In this document: positions 49,662 to 56,115 of the stretch, piece by piece
How the letters are laid out: every line of letters begins with the position of its first letter
How positions within the stretch are numbered: position 1 is the first letter of the stretch
Source: a virus
IMG/VR virus record: IMGVR_UViG_3300003886_000001
Span: 1-64,000 of that record
Direction: 5' to 3' (one strand)
Length of the DNA stretch: 64,000 nt
Program-made: the position numbers and the translations under genes
The notes under the pieces: generated by a model
What the model was told of the DNA's origin: nothing
The model's database searches: none
What the model saw: the letters and a program-made list of their open reading frames with translations, nothing else

Positions 49662-49866
49662 GGAGTTCCGGCTCCTACAAACCGGTACAGAAAAGGCGAC
49701 GGTTTCTGTAGAGCACGGGGGTAGCTCACCCCCAAGTCGCAAAACAAAAGGGTGGTTTTCACGGTCTTTTCCCACCTTATATATAAAAAAAGACACTTCT
49801 CTACCCGGGGACACTAGAGGGTCTGGTGGTAAGGTGAGAAATTATAACACCTCACAGCCACCATTC
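49662..49866 (+). ncRNA. Candidate multi-pseudoknot structured RNA
   Basis: interleaved complementary segments found by eye (see findings). Confidence 0.5.
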
Positions 49867-49867
49867 T

Positions 49868-49958
49868 GGAAGATGCCGCTAAATGGCTGGCAACTGGTCT
49901 TGAAAACCAGGGGAGCACCTAAGAAGGGCTCGGGGTTCGATTCCTCCATCTTCCTCCA
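49868..49958 (+). tRNA. tRNA-Ser(TGA)
   Basis: cloverleaf, long V-arm, CCA. Confidence 0.9.
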
Positions 49959-49969
49959 AGAACAAGTAT

Positions 49970-50045
49970 GGGGACGCATGTGCCAAGGGGGCGAGGATGC
50001 CTTGCAAGCAACCTGTGGAGAGTTCGATTCCCTCCGTCTCCACCA
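49970..50045 (+). tRNA. tRNA-Ala(TGC)
   Basis: G3:U70, CCA. Confidence 0.92.
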
Positions 50046-50046
50046 T

Positions 50047-50138
50047 AGGCAAGTAGTTTACTTGAATAGAACAGCGCACCTAGATAGACGCGTATTTAAT
50101 AGGGTGTGAAAGCGCAGGTTCGACTCCTGTCTTGCCAA
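50047..50138 (+). ncRNA. tRNA-like RNA with elongated anticodon arm, no CCA
   Basis: acceptor, D and T arms present; 24-nt insert between anticodon-stem strands. Confidence 0.6.
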
Positions 50139-50231
50139 CTCTCGCGTGAGCGAGTGATAGCGGAATAATGCGCGGGTTGCGGGGCACAATGGAATGAGTA
50201 TCGCCATGGACACGAAAAGGATACTCTTTAT

Positions 50232-50319
50232 GCTAGGACGGCAACGATGGTGAGTTGTGATGGACTGTAAATCCATTGCCCTTTGGGCTTAGTAGGTTCG
50301 AATCCTATTCCTAGCACCA
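50232..50319 (+). tRNA. tRNA-Tyr(GTA)
   Basis: cloverleaf, V-arm, CCA. Confidence 0.92.
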
Positions 50320-50463
50320 ATGAAGTTAGTACCGGGTAAACCTATCTGTCTGTCGGCTGAGGATAGCCTAGAATTAAGTCGAAGCCTTCTAGAGCCATCC
50401 ACCCCTGTATTAGCTTTAGTAAAGGCGTACAAGCGCTCTCAGAGGCTTATACAAAAATAGGAT

Positions 50464-50541
50464 GGTCCTCGGGTGTGGCTGGTGCCAGCACACGTGTCTG
50501 AAAAACACGAGGTTGCAGTTCGATTCTGCGGGGGACCACCA
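50464..50541 (+). tRNA. tRNA-Phe(GAA)
   Basis: cloverleaf, CCA. Confidence 0.92.
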
Positions 50542-50544
50542 CAT

Positions 50545-50621
50545 GTTGGATGATGCCGAAATGGTTGAGGCACCAGACTGTGAATCTGGAGTAATGGGTT
50601 CAATTCCCATCATCCAACCCA
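50545..50621 (+). tRNA. tRNA-His(GTG)
   Basis: G-1, C73, CCA. Confidence 0.93.
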
Positions 50622-50627
50622 TATAAT

Positions 50628-50704
50628 CGGGAATTAGCGCAGCCTGGTAGCGCACCTGTTTTGGGAACAGGGGGCCACAAGTTCGAATCTTGTATTCCCG
50701 ACCA
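50628..50704 (+). tRNA. tRNA-Pro(TGG)
   Basis: cloverleaf, CCA. Confidence 0.95.
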
Positions 50705-50706
50705 AT

Positions 50707-50781
50707 GCCTTCTAAGCATAAATGGTGATGCACTAGCCTTGTAAACTGGTGAAGTCGGTTCGATTCCGGCAGAGGGCTCCA
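50707..50781 (+). tRNA. tRNA-Thr(TGT)
   Basis: cloverleaf, CCA. Confidence 0.9.
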
Positions 50782-50785
50782 AAGT

Positions 50786-50874
50786 GTGATAGTGGCGGAA
50801 TTGGTATACGCGCTGGTCTCAAAAACCAGTTAGGTTAATCCCTTATGTGGGTTCGACTCCCACCTATCTCACCA
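50786..50874 (+). tRNA. tRNA-Leu(CAA)
   Basis: V-arm, CCA; T2:T71 mismatch. Confidence 0.9.
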
Positions 50875-50877
50875 TAT

Positions 50878-50952
50878 TGCCTGCTAGTCTAAATGGTAAA
50901 ACGTCGGACTCTGAATCCGTACTTCCAGGTTCGAATCCTGGGCGGGCAGCCA
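50878..50952 (+). tRNA. tRNA-Gln(CTG)
   Basis: cloverleaf, CCA. Confidence 0.92.
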
Positions 50953-50955
50953 CAT

Positions 50956-51035
50956 AGTGGTGTATACCCTCCGTCTGATACACGGTAGAAAGGTTACTTG
51001 GTTCCAAGTTGGTTCGATTCCAACCACCACTACCA
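50956..51035 (+). tRNA. Atypical tRNA-Ile(GAT) lacking D-arm
   Basis: perfect 7-bp acceptor, A73-CCA, T-arm, CCGT-CTGATAC-ACGG anticodon arm. Confidence 0.7.
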
Positions 51036-51042
51036 CATATTT

Positions 51043-51065
51043 CTCATAAAAGTTTGGTCTATGAT
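51043..51065 (+). promoter_or_regulatory. Class II promoter
   Basis: CTCAT-N12-TATGAT. Confidence 0.7.
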
Positions 51066-51085
51066 AAGGTTTGAAGGGAAGGGAC

Positions 51086-51310
51086 ATGGATAACCTTATA
51101 TTTACTGTAGACGAATTGGTTACTCACCTCATGAGCCTTAAAGGTAGAGGTATAATAACTGGCAAAGAACCCGTGTTGGATACTGGTTATTTTGGAATTA
51201 CGCACGTGGTCCGTCATATAGATGGAGAGGTTCCGGTCGTTACTTTAGAAAGTGATGAATTAAACGTAGCAGCCATAAAATCCGCCCCACAAAAAATGAC
51301 TTCACTTTAA
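51086..51310 (+). CDS. Hypothetical protein
   Basis: RBS AAGGGA. Confidence 0.6.
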   Translation: MDNLIFTVDELVTHLMSLKGRGIITGKEPVLDTGYFGITHVVRHIDGEVPVVTLESDELNVAAIKSAPQKMTSL

Positions 51311-52248
51311 TGGTTTGGAAAGTGTTTAAATCACGAATCAAGCTTTTTCCTCATCCTAATGCTGAAAGACTAGTTATTGGGAAGGTGGGAAAGTACCAGG
51401 TAGTAACACTTAAGGGACTTTATGTAGATTGTGAGGATGTTGTTTTTGTCCCAGCTAAATCTGTTCTTCCGGACGAATTAGCTAATGACTATAGGGAATA
51501 CTTAGGTGGTCCTGAAAAAAACCGTGTACGTGAAGTCTCCCTTCGGGGAGAAGTTTCCATGGGGATGGTTTTCAAGGTTGATGAAGTAACTAAAAACCTT
51601 CCCTATAAGGAAGATATAAGCGAGTTACTTGGTATTTATAAATACGAGCCCTCTATTCCAGTTAGTTTGTCTGGGGACGTACTCAAAATACCGAAGGGTA
51701 CCTTCTCACAGCATGACGTAGAAAGGTATAATAACGATTTTCGGGGCGATGAGGAAGTTTCCGTTACAGAGAAAATCCATGGTAGTCAAGTAATTTTAGG
51801 AAGGTCCAAGGAAGGGGAAATATTTGTAACCTCAAAAGGGTTGATGTCCCGTGGGCTGTCCTTAGTCGAGTCTGATAGAAATACCTATTGGAGGGCTGCC
51901 AGGAAATGGCTAGACGCAATCTCATATTTCTCACCTAGACATGATGTACAGTTTATTGGAGAGGTTGTTCCCGTACAGAAAGGATTTTCATATGGGTTTG
52001 ATACACCTACTATACTATTCTTTGATGTACGGGTTGATGGAGAAGGTGCAGCTAGGCATACTGGACTTTTATGGGTTCCCAGCATCTATAATGGACCTTT
52101 TTCCGGGGCTCCGCTAAACCCAAGTGGAAATGAGCAGGTGAGTGGAAAAGAAGTACATATAAAGGAAGGAATCGTAATAAAAGGAGAGAACGCAATAGTA
52201 AAAATTCTTAACAAGAAGTATAAAGAAACCGGAGAAGAGATAAGTTGA
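51310..52248 (+). CDS. RNA ligase, DRB0094-like (N-terminal OB fold)
   Basis: HPNAERL, LRGEVSMG, TEKIHGS, FIGEVV, EGIVIK. Confidence 0.9.
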   Translation: MVWKVFKSRIKLFPHPNAERLVIGKVGKYQVVTLKGLYVDCEDVVFVPAKSVLPDELANDYREYLGGPEKNRVREVSLRGEVSMGMVFKVDEVTKNLPYKEDISELLGIYKYEPSIPVSLSGDVLKIPKGTFSQHDVERYNNDFRGDEEVSVTEKIHGSQVILGRSKEGEIFVTSKGLMSRGLSLVESDRNTYWRAARKWLDAISYFSPRHDVQFIGEVVPVQKGFSYGFDTPTILFFDVRVDGEGAARHTGLLWVPSIYNGPFSGAPLNPSGNEQVSGKEVHIKEGIVIKGENAIVKILNKKYKETGEEIS

Positions 52249-52273
52249 CAAGTGACCTAGAATGTGCTATTCT
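52245..52273 (+). promoter_or_regulatory. Sigma70-type promoter of tRNA cluster 2
   Basis: TTGACA-17-TGC-TATTCT. Confidence 0.85.
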
Positions 52274-52281
52274 TTAGGCAT

Positions 52282-52357
52282 GCGGGTATAGACCAACGGC
52301 AGAGTCAAACGACTTAAAATCGTTTCAGTGTGGGTTCGAATCCCACTACCCGCACCA
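52282..52357 (+). tRNA. tRNA-Leu(TAA), short variable loop
   Basis: cloverleaf, CCA. Confidence 0.9.
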
Positions 52358-52434
52358 ATAGAGAGGAAAAGGCTCCATCCAAAACCCTTACCCAGGGTAC
52401 AGTGGTTAAAACCTCTTAAAAACCTTACTTTCTT

Positions 52435-52509
52435 ACGTCTGTAGTTCAATGGTCAGAACCTCCGGCTTATATCCGGCTAATCTGGGTTCGAATCCCGGCA
52501 GACGTACCA
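52435..52509 (+). tRNA. tRNA-Ile(TAT)
   Basis: cloverleaf, CCA. Confidence 0.88.
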
Positions 52510-52512
52510 CAA

Positions 52513-52587
52513 GCCCGGTTAGCGCAACGGAAGCGCGGCTGCCCTACAAGCAGTAGGTTATAGGTTCGAATCCTATACTGGGCACCA
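52513..52587 (+). tRNA. tRNA-Val(TAC)
   Basis: cloverleaf, CCA. Confidence 0.92.
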
Positions 52588-52626
52588 ATAGAGGAAAAGG
52601 CGAACCTCTTTAAACACCTTCTCCAT

Positions 52627-52698
52627 TGCGGCGCGCCTAGGAGGTAGCACGGGCTCATACTCCGTTGCTCAAGGGTTCGATTCCCTTCGCCGCCACCA
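52627..52698 (+). tRNA. tRNA-Met(CAT), initiator-like, short D-arm
   Basis: T1:C72 mismatch, GGG/TCC anticodon stem, CCA. Confidence 0.8.
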
Positions 52699-52699
52699 T

Positions 52700-52779
52700 C
52701 GCAGAGAGGAGGCTATTGGTTCGCCTCACGTGTCTCATACGCACGTTTAGTGTAAGTTCGATTCTTGCCTCTGCAACCA
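52700..52779 (+). tRNA. tRNA-Met(CAT), C1:A72
   Basis: cloverleaf, CCA. Confidence 0.85.
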
Positions 52780-52780
52780 T

Positions 52781-52828
52781 GTAAGCGTTTGGTAGACATA
52801 AACGTGGGTTCGAGTCCCACTGCTTGCA
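52781..52828 (+). pseudogene. Mini tRNA (Leu-like) lacking anticodon and V arms
   Basis: GTAAGCG/TGCTTGC acceptor, TTGGTAGAC D-loop, intact T-arm, followed by T-run. Confidence 0.7.
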
Positions 52829-52837
52829 CTTTTTTAA

Positions 52838-52914
52838 GGTGTGATAGTTTAGCGGGCTAAAACACAAGGCTTTCAACCTTGTAGACACCGGTTCAAATCC
52901 GGTTCACACCACCA
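52838..52914 (+). tRNA. tRNA-Glu(TTC)
   Basis: cloverleaf, CCA. Confidence 0.92.
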
Positions 52915-52915
52915 G

Positions 52916-52985
52916 GTCCTTCTGGCATAATTGGATAAGGCATAGCCCTGCGAAGGCTAAGATTACAGGTTCGAGTCCTGTGGAT
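52916..52985 (+). pseudogene. tRNA-Arg(GCG) with lost 3' acceptor strand
   Basis: D, anticodon (TAGCC-CTGCGAA-GGCTA) and T arms intact; runs into next tRNA. Confidence 0.7.
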
Positions 52986-53059
52986 GCGAGGTTAGTTTAA
53001 CGGTAGAACTTCTCGTTGCCAACGAGAGGATGTGGGTTCGACTCCCTCCCTTCGCTCCA
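52986..53059 (+). tRNA. tRNA-Gly(GCC)
   Basis: cloverleaf with two mismatches, CCA. Confidence 0.85.
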
Positions 53060-53060
53060 T

Positions 53061-53133
53061 GCTGGAATAGCTTAATTGGTAAAGCCTCCGTTTCGTAAAC
53101 GGGGAAATGTTGGTTCGAAGCCGACTTCCAGCC
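53061..53133 (+). tRNA. tRNA-Thr(CGT)
   Basis: cloverleaf; CCA not fully encoded. Confidence 0.9.
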
Positions 53134-53135
53134 CC

Positions 53136-53209
53136 GCTCGGATAGTTTCAGTTGGTAGAACGCTTCCTTGGTAAGGAAGAGGTCAGCGGTTCGAGCCCGC
53201 TTCCGAGCC
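53136..53209 (+). tRNA. tRNA-Thr(GGT)
   Basis: cloverleaf; CCA not fully encoded. Confidence 0.92.
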
Positions 53210-53211
53210 CC

Positions 53212-53287
53212 GCCCCGTTCGTCTAGTGGATAAGACGCCAGTCTTCTAAACTGGTAATCGTGGGTTCGAATCCTACACGGGGCACCA
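53212..53287 (+). tRNA. tRNA-Arg(TCT)
   Basis: cloverleaf, CCA. Confidence 0.93.
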
Positions 53288-53290
53288 TAT

Positions 53291-53366
53291 GGCTCTATGG
53301 TCTAACGGATAAGACGCCAGTCTTCGAAACTGGTAGATGTGGGTTCGACTCCTACTAGGGCCACCA
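53291..53366 (+). tRNA. tRNA-Arg(TCG)
   Basis: cloverleaf, CCA. Confidence 0.93.
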
Positions 53367-53369
53367 CAT

Positions 53370-53444
53370 GTTCCCATAGTTTAATGGATAGAATAAGGGT
53401 TTCCTAAACCTTTGATGTCGGTTCGATTCCGGCTGGGAACACCA
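53370..53444 (+). tRNA. tRNA-Arg(CCT)
   Basis: cloverleaf, CCA. Confidence 0.92.
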
Positions 53445-53459
53445 TTATAAGGAGGACAC

Positions 53460-53846
53460 GTGAGGGCTAAGCTACATTTTGATGGTTCTTTGGAGAGTTA
53501 CGGTTACGTGATTGAATCCGCCATCGTTACAGGGGACACTAGACGTGTCCCTTCTGATTTGAAGCAAACTAATAATGTAGCTGAGTATTTGGGGCTAATC
53601 GCGGGCCTTGAAACAGCCATAAACCTAGGAATAAGTGACATTGAAATTATAGGGGATTCAAAATTAGTAATCTACCAGGTAGAAGGTAGATATAAATGCC
53701 GGGCTAAACACCTAAAGCCTCTATTACACAAAGCGAAAAGACTATTGTCCCTAATGCCCAGTTACAACCTCAGGTGGGTCCCCAGGGCTGAAAATAGAGC
53801 AGATAACTATAGCCGGGTATGTCTTCAGAATTTTATTACAAATTAA
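53460..53846 (+). CDS. rnhA: Ribonuclease HI
   Basis: FDGS, TNNVAEYLGL, GDSKLVI, WVPR..N.AD. Confidence 0.9.
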   Translation: MRAKLHFDGSLESYGYVIESAIVTGDTRRVPSDLKQTNNVAEYLGLIAGLETAINLGISDIEIIGDSKLVIYQVEGRYKCRAKHLKPLLHKAKRLLSLMPSYNLRWVPRAENRADNYSRVCLQNFITN

Positions 53847-53901
53847 ACGCGTTCGTATATATGTCGTCCAGGACAGGGTTTCTAGCAATAACAAGGATAT
53901 C

Positions 53902-54102
53902 ATGGAAATTGACAAGGAAAAATCGGCAATGGTGCTAATAAACGCGATGAGGAACGAATTAAGAGCGGTTTTAGATTTTCCGGCAACTAATAAAAGCGAT
54001 GATTGGAGAAGCGAAGTAGAGATGACGATTAAAACTGCGGAGTTGTATATTTACCGTGTAGGACGACAAAAACCCAATTATATGAACTATGAGAATGCCT
54101 AA
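53902..54102 (+). CDS. Hypothetical protein
   Basis: RBS AAGGA. Confidence 0.6.
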   Translation: MEIDKEKSAMVLINAMRNELRAVLDFPATNKSDDWRSEVEMTIKTAELYIYRVGRQKPNYMNYENA

Positions 54103-54272
54103 TGATATTTTTAGCAATAATAGATTTTATTTTAGCTGTAATTTTAATATGGATGTTTCTAAATACTAAATCAAGAAGTTTAAGGTTTTTATTGCTATTA
54201 GGAGCGTTGGTAGAAGTGCTATCAGGAACATTGGAGATGTTGCATATAGTAGGTGTAGGACATGGTTTTTAA
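54102..54272 (+). CDS. 56-aa membrane protein
   Basis: MIFLAIIDFILAVILIW...; coupled; below track cutoff. Confidence 0.55.
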   Translation: MIFLAIIDFILAVILIWMFLNTKSRSLRFLLLLGALVEVLSGTLEMLHIVGVGHGF

Positions 54273-54591
54273 GAAATTGAAGACAGTTAATTTACAATTA
54301 AGATTTGGTAGGATATTGGATGATGATGAAGTTAATGTTGGATATAATAGCGTTAAATATGCATTTCTAGAATCCCATGGTAGTAAATTAGGACCTATAA
54401 AAAGTGTTAGGAGAGTATATGGAAATACCGTGGTGGACGTTGATTGTGACATTTTGGCGGGCCTTGTAGAAAAGGCTGAAAAGTATGTTAGAGAAGGTAC
54501 GCCAGAAAGAAAAACGGATAAGGTAGGAGAAATAGGAAGTAGGGCCTATAAAGGCATAGATACAACATTAGTTATTGAGGTGGGAGTATAA
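54262..54591 (+). CDS. Hypothetical protein (paralog of next gene)
   Basis: LQLRFGRILDDD. Confidence 0.6.
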   Translation: MVFKKLKTVNLQLRFGRILDDDEVNVGYNSVKYAFLESHGSKLGPIKSVRRVYGNTVVDVDCDILAGLVEKAEKYVREGTPERKTDKVGEIGSRAYKGIDTTLVIEVGV

Positions 54592-54746
54592 TGAAGCTAA
54601 CTATTGAATTTGGTAGTATCCTTGACGACGACAGGTTAAAGAGCGCTTTGCAGGCCGTAAAAAGGGGTATGAAGGATTATGGTACATTTGATTACCGTTA
54701 TCGTTATACTAAACGATATCAGGGTAAAACGATAGTTAGAGTATGA
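54591..54746 (+). CDS. 51-aa hypothetical protein
   Basis: LTIEFGSILDDD; RBS GGGAG. Confidence 0.55.
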   Translation: MKLTIEFGSILDDDRLKSALQAVKRGMKDYGTFDYRYRYTKRYQGKTIVRV

Positions 54747-55030
54747 TTATTAATAGAATAGAACCAATTATAAAAGAGAATTGGAAGTATTTACACCTTA
54801 ATCATGAAACAGGATATCTTTTACTTACAGGGGATGATTATTACGTCCCTGAGCCAATTAAACGATGGAGAGTCTATTTAGAAACCTTTGCTGATGCTAA
54901 CGCTCTTTTAGATGAAGTTACTCCGTTTGCACAACAAATGCTTGATAATTTAGCATATTTTGAAGCAAAAAACCAGATTAGTAAACTCTGTAGAAAAACT
55001 TTCGTAGACGCAGGTAAACCCTACTACTAA
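54743..55030 (+). CDS. Paralog family A protein (single domain)
   Basis: LHLNHETGYL...RWRV...ANALLDEVTPFAQQMLDN. Confidence 0.7.
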   Translation: MIINRIEPIIKENWKYLHLNHETGYLLLTGDDYYVPEPIKRWRVYLETFADANALLDEVTPFAQQMLDNLAYFEAKNQISKLCRKTFVDAGKPYY

Positions 55031-55264
55031 ACATACGAATCTATTAGATAGCCATTTCCTAAAACTAACTAAAGGTCCCCTTAGCACTCCTAAGAGTGCA
55101 AACTAATTTAACCTAATTTATGTAGCTATTATTTAGCGCCCTGGGAAGGTGCGTTATTTATTTACGGCGAATCCTAGTGGGTAACGCCACGCCCTGTCAG
55201 TCCTCTACATGTGCTTAGTAATAACTATCTACTAGTTTAGCCTATCTATATGAACAACGCAAAC

Positions 55265-55293
55265 TTGACATATAGGTATGAGGGTGCTATACT
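55265..55293 (+). promoter_or_regulatory. Sigma70-type promoter of tRNA cluster 3
   Basis: TTGACA-17-TGC-TATACT. Confidence 0.88.
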
Positions 55294-55301
55294 ACCTACA
55301 T

Positions 55302-55388
55302 GCGGAAGTGGTGTAATGGTAGCCACGCAGGTCTTAGGAACCTGTGCCCGTAATGGGCGTGAGGGTTCAAGTCCCTCCTTCCGCACCA
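55302..55388 (+). tRNA. tRNA-Leu(TAG)
   Basis: V-arm, CCA. Confidence 0.95.
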
Positions 55389-55391
55389 TAT

Positions 55392-55465
55392 GAGTAGTTG
55401 GCCGAAAGGATAGGCAGGTGTCTGCAAAACACCCTACGTTGGTTCGATTCCAGCACTGCTCTCCA
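55392..55465 (+). tRNA. tRNA-Cys(GCA)
   Basis: U73, CCA. Confidence 0.92.
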
Positions 55466-55469
55466 TTAT

Positions 55470-55543
55470 TGCTCGGTGGTGAAAGGGTATCACAACTGAC
55501 TTTGAATCAGTTATTGCGGGTTCGAATCCTGCCCGGGCATCCA
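55470..55543 (+). tRNA. tRNA-Gln(TTG)
   Basis: cloverleaf, CCA. Confidence 0.92.
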
Positions 55544-55705
55544 AAAAGAACAAAGCAAATCTGGTAAATAGAAAACCTAAAGGGTAAGATGCCTCGATAA
55601 CCGAGGTATTAAATAAGAACCTGTCGTAGACATGAACTCTACCGATATTTAGGCAAGCCTAAAAAATAAGGAACGTCTCTACGACCCTCTCAGAGTTTGG
55701 TACAT

Positions 55706-55736
55706 AAAAGAAGCACCTTTTTAGGTGCTTTTCTTT
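55706..55736. terminator. Bidirectional intrinsic terminator
   Basis: AAGCACCT-TTTT-AGGTGCTT with A/T flanks at convergence point. Confidence 0.8.
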
Positions 55737-55888
55737 ACTATAATTAAGCCGATAATTGCTAATGTTACGATTATTAACAGGGCCGGAAAATGGCCGGCCG
55801 TCCAAAGAGTAATGAGGACAAATCCTCCTAGAAATGTAAGTAATATCACTATTACAACCAGTGTGGCAACCCATCCAAAGACATACAT
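55721..55888 (-). CDS. 55-aa membrane protein
   Basis: MYVFGWVATL...; RBS GGAGG. Confidence 0.6.
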   Translation of the reverse strand: MYVFGWVATLVVIVILLTFLGGFVLITLWTAGHFPALLIIVTLAIIGLIIVKKST

Positions 55889-55960
55889 TTATTCCTCCAA
55901 AACTATGAAAATTAGAAGAATGAAGAAGGAACCAAAGGCTACCACAAAGTCAATAATCAT
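55889..55960 (-). CDS. 23-aa membrane peptide
   Basis: MIIDFVVAFG...; ATGA-coupled, RBS GAGG. Confidence 0.45.
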   Translation of the reverse strand: MIIDFVVAFGSFFILLIFIVLEE

Positions 55961-56115
55961 TTCCACCTCTCTTCAACCATGACACCTATGATGATAAGTC
56001 CGAGCCCTACCACAAGCCCTCCAAGCATGGCTAACACGGAGCCTGTCAGGGCGGTAGCTATACCTATGAACACCACCACAGATACATATAGGACCGACAC
56101 TATTAGTTTAACCAC
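55957..56115 (-). CDS. 52-aa membrane protein
   Basis: GTG start overlapping upstream stop; hydrophobic. Confidence 0.5.
   Translation of the reverse strand: MVKLIVSVLYVSVVVFIGIATALTGSVLAMLGGLVVGLGLIIIGVMVEERWK

Noticed and set aside
50076-50090. Amber suppressor (CTA) reading of the tRNA-like RNA, or TAG recoding
   Set aside because: No 7-nt loop places CTA at positions 34-36, and genes terminate normally at TAG.
50345-50400. Hammerhead core CTGAGGA at 50357
   Set aside because: The downstream core reads CGAAGC rather than GAAA, and stems I and III are not convincing.
52358-52625. Theta (HDV-like) ribozyme or preQ1 riboswitch reading of the tRNA-trailer pseudoknots
   Set aside because: The HDV P1-P2-P3-P1.1-P4 order and catalytic J4/2 context are absent, as are the preQ1 loop residues (UUC).
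49189-52888. ORF-track ORFs within the tRNA clusters
   Set aside because: They are shadows of tRNA genes, with no RBS and tRNA-derived peptide content.
55081-55102. Canonical CIRCE operator
   Set aside because: The spacer is 4 nt instead of 9 and it is not upstream of a chaperone gene; kept only as a weak lead.
55544-55700. c-di-GMP-I riboswitch (GCAAA) after tRNA-Gln
   Set aside because: It lacks the GAAA tetraloop-receptor and GGACGCAAAGC core, and no gene lies downstream on the + strand.
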